Numbered from the stretch's first letter, positions 8,655 to 19,184 are shown. The stretch: DNA of 64,000 bases from Escherichia coli (GCF_001677475.2 NZ_CP015229.1), one strand, 5' to 3'. Notes: generated by a model from the sequence alone, not told the origin. Program-made: numbers and translations.

Positions 8655-9236
8655 ATGGAAAATGAACAACGCCCCACCCGTGGCCGTCTTTCCAAAGTGG
8701 ATTTACTCCCGGACAGCATCCGGGAGCAGTTGCATCAGATGCTGCGGGAAAAGCGGCACACGCAGGAAGAAATCCGCGAAGCCATCAACGCCCTGATTGA
8801 CGAACACAACCTGCCGGAAGAGATGCAGTTAAGCCGGACGGGTTTAAACCGTTATGCCAGCCGCATGGAAAAAGTCGGGGCCAAAATCCGCGCCTCCCGC
8901 GAAATGGCCGAAGTCTGGGCGGCAAAGCTGGGTTCCGCGCCAACATCAGACGTCGGCAGGCTGCTGATGGAGTTTGTAAAAACGCTGGCCTTTGAAACGT
9001 CCATGTCGATGGCAGAAGACGACAAACCTGTAGCACCAAAGGCGCTGGGGCAACTGGCGCTGGTTGCCCAGCGTCTGGAAGCGGCAGCCATGACCAGCCA
9101 TAAACGCGAGAAAGCGATCCGCGATGCGTTTGCACAGGAGATGGCTGAGAAAACCGAAGAGCTGGTCAGAACGGGTGGTCTGTCAGGCGGTGCGGCTGAC
9201 ACCATCAAACGAGACATTCTGGGGATTAGCGCATGA
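8655..9236 (+). CDS. terminase small subunit-like protein (Mu gp27 family)
   Basis: 193 aa from ATG 8655 with AGGAGG RBS; directly upstream of large terminase. Confidence 0.7.
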   Translation: MENEQRPTRGRLSKVDLLPDSIREQLHQMLREKRHTQEEIREAINALIDEHNLPEEMQLSRTGLNRYASRMEKVGAKIRASREMAEVWAAKLGSAPTSDVGRLLMEFVKTLAFETSMSMAEDDKPVAPKALGQLALVAQRLEAAAMTSHKREKAIRDAFAQEMAEKTEELVRTGGLSGGAADTIKRDILGISA

Positions 9237-10768
9237 CACAGATGAACACGTTCAGTGAATCCGATGTTCTGCTGCCGTATCAGAAACGCTGGGTGGCGGA
9301 TGATTCAAAACTGAAAATCGCCGAGAAATCACGCCGTACCGGGTTAACCTGGGCGGAAGCGGCAGATGCAGCACTGACCGCATCACTGAAGAAGGAAAAC
9401 GGCGGGCGCGATCACTTTTATATCGGTTCGAATAAGGAGATGGCCCGCGAATTTATCGACGCCGTAGCGATGTGGGCGAAAGCGTTTAATGCGGCAGCGG
9501 AAGAAATCCGCGAGGAAGTGATCACCGACGAAGACATGGACATTCTGACGTTCGTCGTGTACTTCGCCAGCGGTTTTAAGGTCAAGGCGCTGTCCAGCAA
9601 TCCGGGCAACATTCGCGGGATGCAGGGGAATGTCACCATCGACGAAGCGGCGTTTCATGAAAAACTGGATGAGGTACTCAAGGCGGTCACACCACTGACC
9701 ACGTGGGGCGGTAAGGTTCGCCTTATCTCCACCCATGACGGCGTGGACAACCCGTTTAACCAGCTGATTCAGGAGAGCCGCGCAGGCAAAAAAGATTACC
9801 GTATTCACACCATCACGCTGGATGACGCCTGCAGTGACGGGCTGTACCGGCGTATCTGTCAGGTACGCGGCATGGAGTGGTCACCGGAGGCCGAGGCGGA
9901 ATGGAAAGAAGGCCTGCTGCGAAATACCGCCACCCGCGAAGACGCCCTGGAGGAATATTACTGCGTCCCGAAAAACGGCGGCGGCACGTATATCCCCCGC
10001 TCAATGCGTGAACGTGCAGCCCGTGGCACCGGAAAAGTGTTGCGCTTTACCGGCACACCGGAATTTAACGCACTGACGGAAAGCCAGCGCCGGGCAGATA
10101 TCCGGGAATGGCTGGAAACGGTGGTGCGCCCTGAACTGGAAAAACTCCCACAGAACCTGCGCCACTGTCTGGGGGAAGACTTTGCGCGTTCGGGTGACCT
10201 GACTGTGCTGGCCCCGGTGACGGTGAACGACGACACCACCCGCGAGGTGCCGTTCCTGGTTGAGCTTGCCAATGTGCCGTTTAAACAGCAGGAGCAGGTA
10301 CTGTTCTGGCTTTGCGATCGTCTGCCCCGTCGTGACGGCATCAAAATGGATGCGCGGGGGAATGGTCAGTATCTGGCAGAACAGGCGGCGGAGCGGTACG
10401 GCGACGAGGTGGAACAGGTGATGCTGTCCGTGGCGTTTTACCGTGAAAACATGCCCCGTTTCCGTGCGGCGTTTGAAGATGATGAGCTGATCCTTCCGAA
10501 GCATGAAGACGTGATCAATGACCTCGGGGCCATTCAGTTACTGCGTGGCGTTCCCGGCATTGATGATTCACGAACCAGAGGCAGCGACGGTCACAAACGT
10601 CACGGCGACGCCGCTGTGGCCATTTTCCTGGGCTTCCTTGCCAGTAAAGATGACTGCCACCGTTACGAACTGCACCGTCTGAACCGCCCGGCGAAACCGG
10701 AAGAACGCAACGCGCGCCGCCAGCTGAAGCTGACGCGCGGCCTGAAAAATGAGGGAGGTTTACTGTGA
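9233..10768 (+). CDS. terminase large subunit
   Basis: 511 aa; overlapping ATGA start; Walker-like FYIGSNKE and nuclease-like motifs. Confidence 0.85.
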   Translation: MTQMNTFSESDVLLPYQKRWVADDSKLKIAEKSRRTGLTWAEAADAALTASLKKENGGRDHFYIGSNKEMAREFIDAVAMWAKAFNAAAEEIREEVITDEDMDILTFVVYFASGFKVKALSSNPGNIRGMQGNVTIDEAAFHEKLDEVLKAVTPLTTWGGKVRLISTHDGVDNPFNQLIQESRAGKKDYRIHTITLDDACSDGLYRRICQVRGMEWSPEAEAEWKEGLLRNTATREDALEEYYCVPKNGGGTYIPRSMRERAARGTGKVLRFTGTPEFNALTESQRRADIREWLETVVRPELEKLPQNLRHCLGEDFARSGDLTVLAPVTVNDDTTREVPFLVELANVPFKQQEQVLFWLCDRLPRRDGIKMDARGNGQYLAEQAAERYGDEVEQVMLSVAFYRENMPRFRAAFEDDELILPKHEDVINDLGAIQLLRGVPGIDDSRTRGSDGHKRHGDAAVAIFLGFLASKDDCHRYELHRLNRPAKPEERNARRQLKLTRGLKNEGGLL

Positions 10769-12336
10769 ACCAGAAACAACAGGCCGGGGCCGCACGCCGT
10801 CTGCTGAACCCGGCAACCGGTGAGGAAGACACGCTGAAAAAAGAGGCGCTCAACGAAGCACAGGCCCGTCCGCGTCAGGCTGGCGTGCGTCCGGCCTCGC
10901 CGGGCATCAGCATCGCCTCCGGGCTGAATCCCGGCAGGCTGGCAGGCATTCTGCGCAATGCCGCCAACGGTATCACGCGTGATTTTTTTATCCTTGCCGA
11001 AGAGATGGAAGAACGCGATTTGCATTACGCCTCGGTGCTGCGCACCCGCAAGCTGACGGTGGCGGGTATTGAACCGGTGGTGGTGGCTGCCAGTGATGAC
11101 GATGCCGACGTACAGCTGGCGGATGCCATACGTGCGCTGATGGAAGCCCCGCAAATCCCCGAGCTGATGTTTGATTTGCTCGACGGGCTGGGAAAAGGCG
11201 TGGCGGTCTGTGAAATTTTGTGGAACACCCGCAACAACCACTGGGTGCCCCGTGATTATGAGTGGGTTGATCCCCGTTTTCTGAAAGCCGAAAAGCCCAC
11301 TCTGCGCCGGTTCCGCCTGCTGACTGACGATGAACCGGTGGATGGCGTACCGCTGACACCGGGAAAATTCATTGTTCACCAGCCGCGTCTGAAATCCGGT
11401 CTGCCGCTGCGTAACGGTCTGGCCCGTCTGGTGGCTGTGATGTATATGCTGAAATCCTTTACCGTGCGTGACTGGTGGGCATTTGCGGAAAAATTCGGCA
11501 TTCCGGTTACGGTGGGGAAATACGGTCCCAACGCCACGGAGGAGCAAATCCGCGTGCTGATTGATGCGATTGCCTCCATTGCCTCAGATGCCGGGTGTGC
11601 CATTCCGCAGTCCATGCAACTGGAGATGCAGGAAACCGCCAGCCGGAATAACGGCGGCGCGCTGTTCCGTGAAATGGCTGAATGGTGCGATGCGCAAATC
11701 AGTAAAGCCGTACTGGGGCAGACCATGACCACAGATAATGGCAGTTCGCGTTCACAGGCGGACGTGCACAATCAGGTGCGCATGGACATTGTGCGCTGGG
11801 ACGCGCGACAGCTGGCTAACACGCTGAATGAATATCTGGTGCGTCCCTACATCGAGGCCAACTACGGGCCACAGGCGCACTATCCCCGTGTTGTTCTGCG
11901 TATCAGTGAAGCCGAAGATCTGAAGGCGCTGACTGATGCTCTGGTGCCACTGATTGACCGGGGGATGCGGGTTCAGGAATCGGAGCTGCGGGATCGGTTC
12001 GGCCTGGCGGAACCGGACGAAGGGGCTGATGTTCTGCATCCGGTGTCTGCCGGAATGTCAGGTGATATGGCGATGAACCACGAGCGCGTCGCCCTGAACC
12101 GGGAACACCCCGACGAACTGGCACAGATGGTGGATGATGCCCTGCGTGACTGGCAGAAAACCGGCGAGGCGTTCACAAACCCGGTGCTGACACTGGCGCA
12201 GGAATGCGACAGTTTTGATGACTTTCTGAAACGCCTGCCTGAGCTTCAGGAAACGCTGAACGCGGACGACTTTGCCCTGCAACTGGCGGAGGTGTGCTTT
12301 AAGGCCCGTGCGCTGGGAGACACTGGTCATGCGTGA
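10765..12336 (+). CDS. portal protein (Mu gp29 / DUF935 family)
   Basis: 523 aa; GTG start after GAGGGAGG RBS; after terminase. Confidence 0.8.
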   Translation: MNQKQQAGAARRLLNPATGEEDTLKKEALNEAQARPRQAGVRPASPGISIASGLNPGRLAGILRNAANGITRDFFILAEEMEERDLHYASVLRTRKLTVAGIEPVVVAASDDDADVQLADAIRALMEAPQIPELMFDLLDGLGKGVAVCEILWNTRNNHWVPRDYEWVDPRFLKAEKPTLRRFRLLTDDEPVDGVPLTPGKFIVHQPRLKSGLPLRNGLARLVAVMYMLKSFTVRDWWAFAEKFGIPVTVGKYGPNATEEQIRVLIDAIASIASDAGCAIPQSMQLEMQETASRNNGGALFREMAEWCDAQISKAVLGQTMTTDNGSSRSQADVHNQVRMDIVRWDARQLANTLNEYLVRPYIEANYGPQAHYPRVVLRISEAEDLKALTDALVPLIDRGMRVQESELRDRFGLAEPDEGADVLHPVSAGMSGDMAMNHERVALNREHPDELAQMVDDALRDWQKTGEAFTNPVLTLAQECDSFDDFLKRLPELQETLNADDFALQLAEVCFKARALGDTGHA

Positions 12337-13093
12337 AACCCTCATCCCGAAAGAGGCGCTGGCGTGGCTGAAGGCGAAGAAGCTGCGCCCCGGTTTTGAT
12401 TACCGGGATGTGTGGCGGGAAGAACACCGGAACAGCTTCACCGTGGCAAAAATGCTGCAACTGGATTTGTTGTCGGATGTGAAATCCCTTGTGGAAGACG
12501 CCCTGCAAAGCGGGCAGACGTTCAGCGAGTTCCGGGAGATGCTGCAACCGCTGCTGATAAAACGCGGATGGTGGGGCGTACAGGAGATGGATGATCCGCT
12601 GACGGGCGAAAGGCGCACCGTGCAACTGGGCAGCGACCGCCGCCTCCGCACGATTTTTGACACCAACATGCGCACCGCCCGCGCGGCGGGCCAGTGGGAA
12701 CGCATTCAGCGGACAAAGCGGGCCATGCCGTATCTGATTTATGAGCTGGGGCCATCCCGCGAGCACCGGGCGGAGCATGTGAAATGGGCGCGTCTGTGTC
12801 TGCCTGTAGACCACCCGTTCTGGCAGACGCATTTCGCCCCTAACGGCTGGGGCTGCAAATGCACCATCCGTCAGGTCAGCCGTGGTGAGTATGCGCAACT
12901 GGCGGCACAGGGCACCATTCACACCGAAGCGCCGGAAATCAGGACTGTCCGCTGGGTGAACAAACGTACGGGCGAAGAGGAAGAGGTGCCGGAAGGGATT
13001 GATCCGGGCTGGAACTACAATCCCGGTATAAACCGTGAGCAGGAGCTGGCGCGCCAGCTGGCGACAAAACAGGCCCGTTTTGACAGTGAGTAA
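12329..13093 (+). CDS. head morphogenesis protein (Mu F family)
   Basis: 254 aa from ATG 12329; after portal. Confidence 0.8.
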   Translation: MRETLIPKEALAWLKAKKLRPGFDYRDVWREEHRNSFTVAKMLQLDLLSDVKSLVEDALQSGQTFSEFREMLQPLLIKRGWWGVQEMDDPLTGERRTVQLGSDRRLRTIFDTNMRTARAAGQWERIQRTKRAMPYLIYELGPSREHRAEHVKWARLCLPVDHPFWQTHFAPNGWGCKCTIRQVSRGEYAQLAAQGTIHTEAPEIRTVRWVNKRTGEEEEVPEGIDPGWNYNPGINREQELARQLATKQARFDSE

Positions 13094-13115
13094 CCCTCCC
13101 GCCGTAAATCCCCCT

Positions 13116-13141
13116 GAAACGCATCAGAAACGCGTTTTTTA
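13116..13141 (+). terminator. terminator-like hairpin after F
   Basis: GAAACGC...GCGTTTT stem followed by T-run, 23 nt after F stop. Confidence 0.4.
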
Positions 13142-13168
13142 TTCTGATGGCGTGAATGTGCATTCTGA

Positions 13169-13210
13169 CGTTTTTGAAGATGCTGTGGCGTTTTTGAAGG
13201 GGTTTTGAAG
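13169..13210. repeat. three direct repeats of CGTTTTTGAAG-like motif
   Basis: Copies at 13169, 13189, 13202 between F and I. Confidence 0.4.
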
Positions 13211-13231
13211 GGGGTATTTCCCCGTTTTCAG

Positions 13232-13257
13232 TGAAGCCGGTAAATCCGGCTTTTTTT
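13232..13257 (+). terminator. second identical copy of the 26-bp hairpin plus T7 element
   Basis: TGAAGCCGGTAAATCCGGCTTTTTTT identical to 5497-5522; 50 nt upstream of I start. Confidence 0.55.
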
Positions 13258-13306
13258 CTGCCTTCCGCATACTGACCGTCGGTAACCCCAGACGACGGAG
13301 ACTGAC

Positions 13307-14263
13307 ATGCAACCGGAACTGCTGGCGCTGTGTTTTTCCCTGCCAGAACCCATCCCTGAGCTGACACCTGCTCAACTGCCGGAATGGCTCGAACTTGTCC
13401 CTGCGGGTGAGTTCACCGGGCGCGATGGCCGGACGTGGATTAACCGCAATCCGCATGAGGTGGTTGCCCGTTCGTCCGGCATCAAAATTCCGGTGGATAT
13501 TGAACACGCCACCGAAATTAAAGGCCCGCGTGGTGAAGATGCTCCGGCGTATGGCTGGGTGGAAGAACTGCGGGTGACGGACAGCAGCACCATTGAAGGG
13601 CGTGTTGTCTGGAGCGAGTCCGCCCGCTGGATGCTGAGCGAGCGCCGCTACCGCTATTACAGCCCGGCGTTTTTCTTTGACGCGGAAGGCGTAGTGACGC
13701 GCCTGTCCAGCGTCGGGCTGACCAACAAACCTAACCTGGATTTTCCTGCACTGAATACGGAGAAAAACCTGATGACAGTACCTGTGCAAATCACCGGCCT
13801 GCTTGGGCTGGCTGAATCTGCCACGGTGGACGATACCGTGGCCGCCATTAAACAACTTCAGGAGAACGAACAGGTGGCGCTGAACCGCGCACAGACACCT
13901 GATCTGACGAAGTTTGTGCCGGTGGAAACCCACAATCTGGCCCTGAACCGTGCCGAAACCGCAGAACAACGCCTTCAGCAACTTGAAGAGAAGGAAGCAG
14001 AAGCGCTTGTGGATGCGGCCATCGAAGCCGGAAAAGTGGCCCCGGCAAACCGTGACATGTTCCTTGCCACCTGCCGCACGGAAGAAGGCCGCAAACAGTT
14101 TGCGGAGTACACCAGAGGCGCACAGCCGCTGGTGAACAACGACAAGCCCAGCCAGGGCAAGGATAAACCCGCGCAGACACTGACCGACACCGAACTGGCG
14201 ATGTGCCGCAGCATGGGTATTACCGGGGAAGAGTTCCTCGCCGCTAAACCGAAACAGGAGTAA
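13307..14263 (+). CDS. head protease/scaffold protein (Mu I family)
   Basis: 318 aa; GGAG RBS; between F and major head gene. Confidence 0.8.
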   Translation: MQPELLALCFSLPEPIPELTPAQLPEWLELVPAGEFTGRDGRTWINRNPHEVVARSSGIKIPVDIEHATEIKGPRGEDAPAYGWVEELRVTDSSTIEGRVVWSESARWMLSERRYRYYSPAFFFDAEGVVTRLSSVGLTNKPNLDFPALNTEKNLMTVPVQITGLLGLAESATVDDTVAAIKQLQENEQVALNRAQTPDLTKFVPVETHNLALNRAETAEQRLQQLEEKEAEALVDAAIEAGKVAPANRDMFLATCRTEEGRKQFAEYTRGAQPLVNNDKPSQGKDKPAQTLTDTELAMCRSMGITGEEFLAAKPKQE

Positions 14264-14270
14264 GTAACAC

Positions 14271-15176
14271 ATGTCACAGACTATCAGTTCTGAAATCCTT
14301 CATGCACTGACCACCTGCCTGAGCGCCGCCTTTACCCGTGGACTGAGTGGTGTCGAACCGCAGTGGAATCGTATTGCTTCTGAGGTGCCGAGTTCGTCCG
14401 CCTCCAACACCTACGGCTGGATGAAAGATTTACCGGACATCAAAGAATGGGTCGGTGAGCGTCAGCTGGCAACGCTGGACGGTTATGGTTACACCATCAC
14501 CAACAAACTCTGGGAAAGTTCCATTCGCGTTAAGCGCGAACACATTGAAGATGACCAGATAGGTCAGTACAGCATTACCGCCGAACGCTATGGCCGTATG
14601 ACTGCTGTGTTCCCGGACAAGCTGTGTTACGCCCTGTTGTGTGCCGGGTTTAACACCCTGTGCTTTGACGGCCAGAACTTCTTTGATGAAGACCACCCGC
14701 TGGGCGACGGCACCTACAGCAACGTTGTCGGTACACCAGGAACGGACCAGGGCGAACCGTGGTTTCTGATTGATGAGTCGCAGGTGCTGAAACCCATCAT
14801 CTGGCAGACGCGACGCGCCTTTAAATTTGAAGCCCTGGACGATCTGAACAGCGAGCACACCTTCAAGAACCACGAGTTCCTGTACGGCGTGGACGGTCGC
14901 TGTAATGCGGGCTTCGGCTTCTGGCAGACCGCCGTCGGTTCCCGTGCAGCACTGACGGTGGAGAACTACAAAAAAGCCAATGAGTTGCTGCGGGGCATGA
15001 AGGGCACCAACGGTGAGCCGCTGGGCATCCGCCCGACCACCCTTGTGGTGGGGCCGAAAAACCGTGCGGACGCGAAGCTCATTATTGACGCCATGCTGGT
15101 TAACGGCGGCGATTCCAACATCTGGTACAAGGATGTGGAGATCGTGGACAGCCCGTACATCACCACCCCGGCATAA
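14271..15176 (+). CDS. major head subunit (Mu T family)
   Basis: 301 aa; AGGAG RBS; synteny. Confidence 0.85.
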   Translation: MSQTISSEILHALTTCLSAAFTRGLSGVEPQWNRIASEVPSSSASNTYGWMKDLPDIKEWVGERQLATLDGYGYTITNKLWESSIRVKREHIEDDQIGQYSITAERYGRMTAVFPDKLCYALLCAGFNTLCFDGQNFFDEDHPLGDGTYSNVVGTPGTDQGEPWFLIDESQVLKPIIWQTRRAFKFEALDDLNSEHTFKNHEFLYGVDGRCNAGFGFWQTAVGSRAALTVENYKKANELLRGMKGTNGEPLGIRPTTLVVGPKNRADAKLIIDAMLVNGGDSNIWYKDVEIVDSPYITTPA

Positions 15177-15210
15177 CCCGTCATCCGTAATCTGTAACCC
15201 GCAGTTAAAA

Positions 15211-15250
15211 GGCGCTGCGAATGCCCTTTTAACTGCCTTTTAAAAGGCAG
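15211..15250 (+). terminator. hairpin attenuator/terminator after major head gene
   Basis: 11-bp perfect stem CAGTTAAAAGG/CCTTTTAACTG then CTGCCTTTTAAAAGGCAG palindrome. Confidence 0.4.
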
Positions 15251-15254
15251 AGTC

Positions 15255-15566
15255 ATGAGTGAAAAAGCAGGAACCAAAGGCGCGAAAGCCGCAAAGAACA
15301 GCGCTGCACAGGAAAACCCGGCACCGCTGGCAGACGTTATTGTGGCTGACGGTCAGGCGAATGAACCACGTCCGGCTGAAGACCCGGTTGCTGTACAGGG
15401 TGACGCCCCTGTCCGGCTGAACGTCCGGGCCGTGTCTGAAAACGGGTTCTGGCGCTGTGGCCGTTTCTGGTCACATGCCGGTGAGAATGTGGCGGTGATC
15501 GCTGCGGTTGCCACCCGCCTGATGGCAGAGCCGAATCTGATTGTCCGGGAAGCGGAGAAAGGCTGA
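15255..15566 (+). CDS. hypothetical head-associated protein
   Basis: 103 aa; Ala/Pro-rich N-terminus. Confidence 0.55.
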   Translation: MSEKAGTKGAKAAKNSAAQENPAPLADVIVADGQANEPRPAEDPVAVQGDAPVRLNVRAVSENGFWRCGRFWSHAGENVAVIAAVATRLMAEPNLIVREAEKG

Positions 15567-16003
15567 TGGGGTACATCACGCAGGAAGACCTGTTACGCGC
15601 GGACGGCAATCTTGTCTGGAACATGGCGATTAACCGGGAAACCAACGGGCTGGACGAGGACAAAATCCGTCAGGCCATCAGTGATGCCGAAGCGGAAATT
15701 GATTCGTTTCTGTCCCGCCGCTACCAGCTGCCGCTGGGAGTGACGGAAATCCCGCGCCCGCTGCAACGCGTGGCAGTATCGCTGGCGTTTTACTGGTTGT
15801 CAGAGCGTGACAATCAAATCACTGAGCTGATCCAGAAACGCTACGACGACGCCATTAAAACCCTGCGTGAGATGGCGAACGGCACCCGTGACCTGGGTCT
15901 GCCGACGTATGCCACCCCGGCAGAAACCGACCACGGGAAGATCATTGTAGTGGGTGCCAATGCCCGGCTGTTCACCCGTAACAACCTGAAAGGGGTGCTG
16001 TGA
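15566..16003 (+). CDS. head-tail joining protein (Mu gp36-like)
   Basis: 145 aa; ATG overlaps previous stop. Confidence 0.6.
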   Translation: MGYITQEDLLRADGNLVWNMAINRETNGLDEDKIRQAISDAEAEIDSFLSRRYQLPLGVTEIPRPLQRVAVSLAFYWLSERDNQITELIQKRYDDAIKTLREMANGTRDLGLPTYATPAETDHGKIIVVGANARLFTRNNLKGVL

Positions 16004-16545
16004 TGGGGATTTCTGTACAGGTCAGCGGTGACCAGCGTCTGGAGGATATCCGCCGCGCCGTTGAAAAGCTGGCAGATGGTTCATTGCAGGCAGAGCTGCT
16101 GGAAAGCATCGGTGCGGTGGTGGAATCACAGACCCGCCGCCGCATCATCGATGAGAAAACCAGTCCGGGTGGCGAACGCTGGCCGGACTGGTCTGACGGG
16201 TACAAAAAGACCCGCCACGGCAACCAGAGTCTGCTGCGCGGTGAAGGCCATCTGCTGGAGAGTATCCAGTACATCGTGGAAAACCGTGTGGTGCGTATCG
16301 GTTCACCGCTGGATTATGCCCGCATCATGAATGACGGCTTTTCCGGCAGTGTGCCGGTCAGCGCCCACAAACGGCTTATCTCGCAGTGTTTCGGGCGGGC
16401 GCTGAAATATCCGGTCTGGCAGACCGTCGGCGCACATAACCGCATGATGAACATTCCACAACGTGAATTTCTGGGGCTGTCTTCTGCCAACCAGCAGGAG
16501 CTGCAACAGGTTATCAGTCATTTCTGGAAGGAGGTTCTGCCATGA
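16003..16545 (+). CDS. virion morphogenesis protein (Mu G-like)
   Basis: 180 aa from ATG 16003. Confidence 0.6.
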   Translation: MGISVQVSGDQRLEDIRRAVEKLADGSLQAELLESIGAVVESQTRRRIIDEKTSPGGERWPDWSDGYKKTRHGNQSLLRGEGHLLESIQYIVENRVVRIGSPLDYARIMNDGFSGSVPVSAHKRLISQCFGRALKYPVWQTVGAHNRMMNIPQREFLGLSSANQQELQQVISHFWKEVLP

Positions 16546-17153
16546 CAGAACAACGCCCTGAACTGCGCACACCGGGGAGCACCGTTGCGGCCGCAGAGCG
16601 CATTGTGGCCTGGCTGAAAACAGCACTTCAGGGGAAAACCCCTGACCGGGCCGACGTGGTGGAGCGTCACATCGGCCAGTTCAACAGCCCGGAAGAAGTG
16701 AAGCGCTATCTGTCCGGTCGTACCGGCTGTATCCGGGTAGCTGCCCTGCGTGTCCGGGATATCAACCCGCGCGGCGGGCTGTCCGGTCTGGTCACCTGGG
16801 TGGCTTACATCATGGCAACGGATTCGTGGGGGTATTCCCGCGACGTGCGCTGTGAAGTGCTGGCCGAAAAGGTGATCAAACGCCTGCTGTCGTCGGATGC
16901 CACAGCGGGCATGGGGGCTGAACGCATGGCCGCTGATGTGCGGGCAGACAACATTTACTCCGCCAGCCTCGACGGGCTGGGTGTCACCATGTGGGCGGTG
17001 ACGTGGGAGCAGGAATTTCAGCTGGATGAAGAGATTGATCTCGCCGCGCTCCCGGACTTCCTGCGCCTCGGAGCGACGCTGCGCAGCGGTGAACATACTG
17101 AGATTAACGACGTGATCCATGTACGGGGTGACGATGGAACAGAAACTGATTAA
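16542..17153 (+). CDS. tail completion-like protein
   Basis: 203 aa; GGAGG RBS. Confidence 0.6.
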   Translation: MTEQRPELRTPGSTVAAAERIVAWLKTALQGKTPDRADVVERHIGQFNSPEEVKRYLSGRTGCIRVAALRVRDINPRGGLSGLVTWVAYIMATDSWGYSRDVRCEVLAEKVIKRLLSSDATAGMGAERMAADVRADNIYSASLDGLGVTMWAVTWEQEFQLDEEIDLAALPDFLRLGATLRSGEHTEINDVIHVRGDDGTETD

Positions 17154-17337
17154 GCCAGCGCGGGAAAACGTCCGTGTCCGTAAACCGGATGGCGCGCATT
17201 TATCCCCGGAAGGGGAACGTCTCGACGTCGGGGCGTACTGGCGACGTCGTGAAGCCGAGGGGGATGTGGTGATTGCTGATGTTCCGGCAGAAACATCCCT
17301 CCCTGAAACCAAAAATCAGAAACGAAAGAGGAAGTAA
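17134..17337 (+). CDS. small hypothetical protein
   Basis: 67 aa from ATG 17134. Confidence 0.4.
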   Translation: MEQKLIKPARENVRVRKPDGAHLSPEGERLDVGAYWRRREAEGDVVIADVPAETSLPETKNQKRKRK

Positions 17338-17341
17338 ATCT

Positions 17342-18817
17342 ATGTCGCTGGGTTCAATTCCTGATGATATCCGCGTCCCGCTCGTCGTGATCGATATTGA
17401 CAATTCACAGGCGCTGGACAGTGCATCCGCGCAAAGCCGAAAAATTCTGGTCATGGGCCATGCGGTATCGTCCGGCAGCGCAGACGCCCTGTCACTGACC
17501 CGCATCACCAGTGACAGCCAGGCAGAGCAGCTTTATGGCAAAGGGTCTATGCTGGCTGAAATGCTCAAAATACTGCGTCGTGCCAACACGTACACGGAAA
17601 CCTGGGCAATGCCGGTTGCCGCACCTGTTGGCGCTGCCGCAAAAGCCACGCTGACCGTGCTGGGGACAGCAACAGAGGCCGGAACGGTGGCACTACTGAT
17701 TAACGGTGTCTCCGTTCAGGTGGGCGTGAGCGCCGGGGATACCAAAGAAAACATTGCAAAAGCCATTGCTGATGCGGTGACGAAAAAGCCTGCCACGCAG
17801 GTGGCCGCTGCGGTGAAGGATGATGCCACGGATACCGTGGAGCTGACCGTGAACTGGCACGGCGTCACCGGCAACGGTGCCGACGTTCGCCTGAACTACT
17901 ACACCGGTGAAGCCTTCCCGGCAGGTGTGAAGGTGACCGCAACCGCGTTTACCGGCGGCACCGGGACACCGGAAATGGCAGACGCCGTTGCGGCCATCGG
18001 CCCGGAGTGGTTTACCGATATCATCGCCCCGTTCACCGACACGCAAAGCCTGAACACCCTGCGTGATGAACTGCTGAACCGCTGGGGGCCGCTCAGGATG
18101 ATGGAAGCGCAGCTATGGACGGCGTTTCGTGGCACGCACGGCGAGACAGGCACGTTTGGTGAAACCCGCAATGACTGGCTGATTAGCTGTATCGGCACCA
18201 ACCTGTCACCGCATCCGGCGTGGATGTGGGCCGCGTCATACGGCGCAACGGCAGCGTATCACCTTGCCATTGACCCGGCGCGTCCGCTTCAGACGCTGGT
18301 CCTGACCGGCATTCTGCCGCCTGCGCGTAATGTTCGCTGGGATATGCCGGAACGTAACCTGCTGCTGCATGACGGCATTGCCACGCACATGGTGGACGCC
18401 GGGGATAACGTCTGCATAGAGCGTGAAATCACCATGTACCGGGTTAATCAGTACGGTGATGCGGATGTGTCGTACCTGGATGTGCAGTCGCCCGCCACGC
18501 TGGGCCGTATCCGTTACATCATCAAAAACCGTTTCTCGAACCGTTATCCGCGCCACAAGCTGGCGGATGATGACGTGCTGGACTCGCTGGATGCGGGGCA
18601 GCCGGTGATGACGCCGAAGCTGTGCACCGCAGAGCTGCTGGATATCTGCCAGACCGAACTTATCCCGGCAGGCCTTGTGGAGAACTTCAGCGATTACAGG
18701 GACACGCTTCAGGTGACACGCGACAGCAGCGATAAAAACCGCCTGAACTTTATCTGCCACCCGAATCTGGTGAACCAGCTGCGTGTGCTGGCAGGCCTGA
18801 TTCAGTTCAGAGTTTAA
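17342..18817 (+). CDS. contractile tail sheath protein (Mu L family)
   Basis: 491 aa; AGAGGAAG RBS; followed by tube gene. Confidence 0.85.
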   Translation: MSLGSIPDDIRVPLVVIDIDNSQALDSASAQSRKILVMGHAVSSGSADALSLTRITSDSQAEQLYGKGSMLAEMLKILRRANTYTETWAMPVAAPVGAAAKATLTVLGTATEAGTVALLINGVSVQVGVSAGDTKENIAKAIADAVTKKPATQVAAAVKDDATDTVELTVNWHGVTGNGADVRLNYYTGEAFPAGVKVTATAFTGGTGTPEMADAVAAIGPEWFTDIIAPFTDTQSLNTLRDELLNRWGPLRMMEAQLWTAFRGTHGETGTFGETRNDWLISCIGTNLSPHPAWMWAASYGATAAYHLAIDPARPLQTLVLTGILPPARNVRWDMPERNLLLHDGIATHMVDAGDNVCIEREITMYRVNQYGDADVSYLDVQSPATLGRIRYIIKNRFSNRYPRHKLADDDVLDSLDAGQPVMTPKLCTAELLDICQTELIPAGLVENFSDYRDTLQVTRDSSDKNRLNFICHPNLVNQLRVLAGLIQFRV

Positions 18818-18826
18818 GGGGGCCGC

Positions 18827-19183
18827 ATGGCAAAAATTCTTGGCATGGCGACCATTCGCGTGAATGGCCGCGAAATTAAAACCGAGGGGAAATCCACGCT
18901 GAATCCAGGCGGCTTCAGTCGCACCCAGCATATGGGCGGCGGCAAGGTCTGGGGCATCTCCAGCAAGATGGCCTCGCCGTCCATCAAAGTGACCATTGCG
19001 GCGGCTGCGGATATGGACGTGATTGAAATCAGCAGCTGGGAAGACGTCACGGTGATGTTCTACGGCGACAACGGCCTGAACTACATGATGACGGGGTCCG
19101 CCACGGATAACCCGGCGGAGCTGGACGAGGATTCCGGCACCATCAGTGCAAACTTTATCGGTGAAAAATGCGTGAAGGTGTGA
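18827..19183 (+). CDS. tail tube protein (Mu M family)
   Basis: 118 aa; directly after sheath. Confidence 0.8.
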   Translation: MAKILGMATIRVNGREIKTEGKSTLNPGGFSRTQHMGGGKVWGISSKMASPSIKVTIAAAADMDVIEISSWEDVTVMFYGDNGLNYMMTGSATDNPAELDEDSGTISANFIGEKCVKV

Positions 19184-19184
19184 C

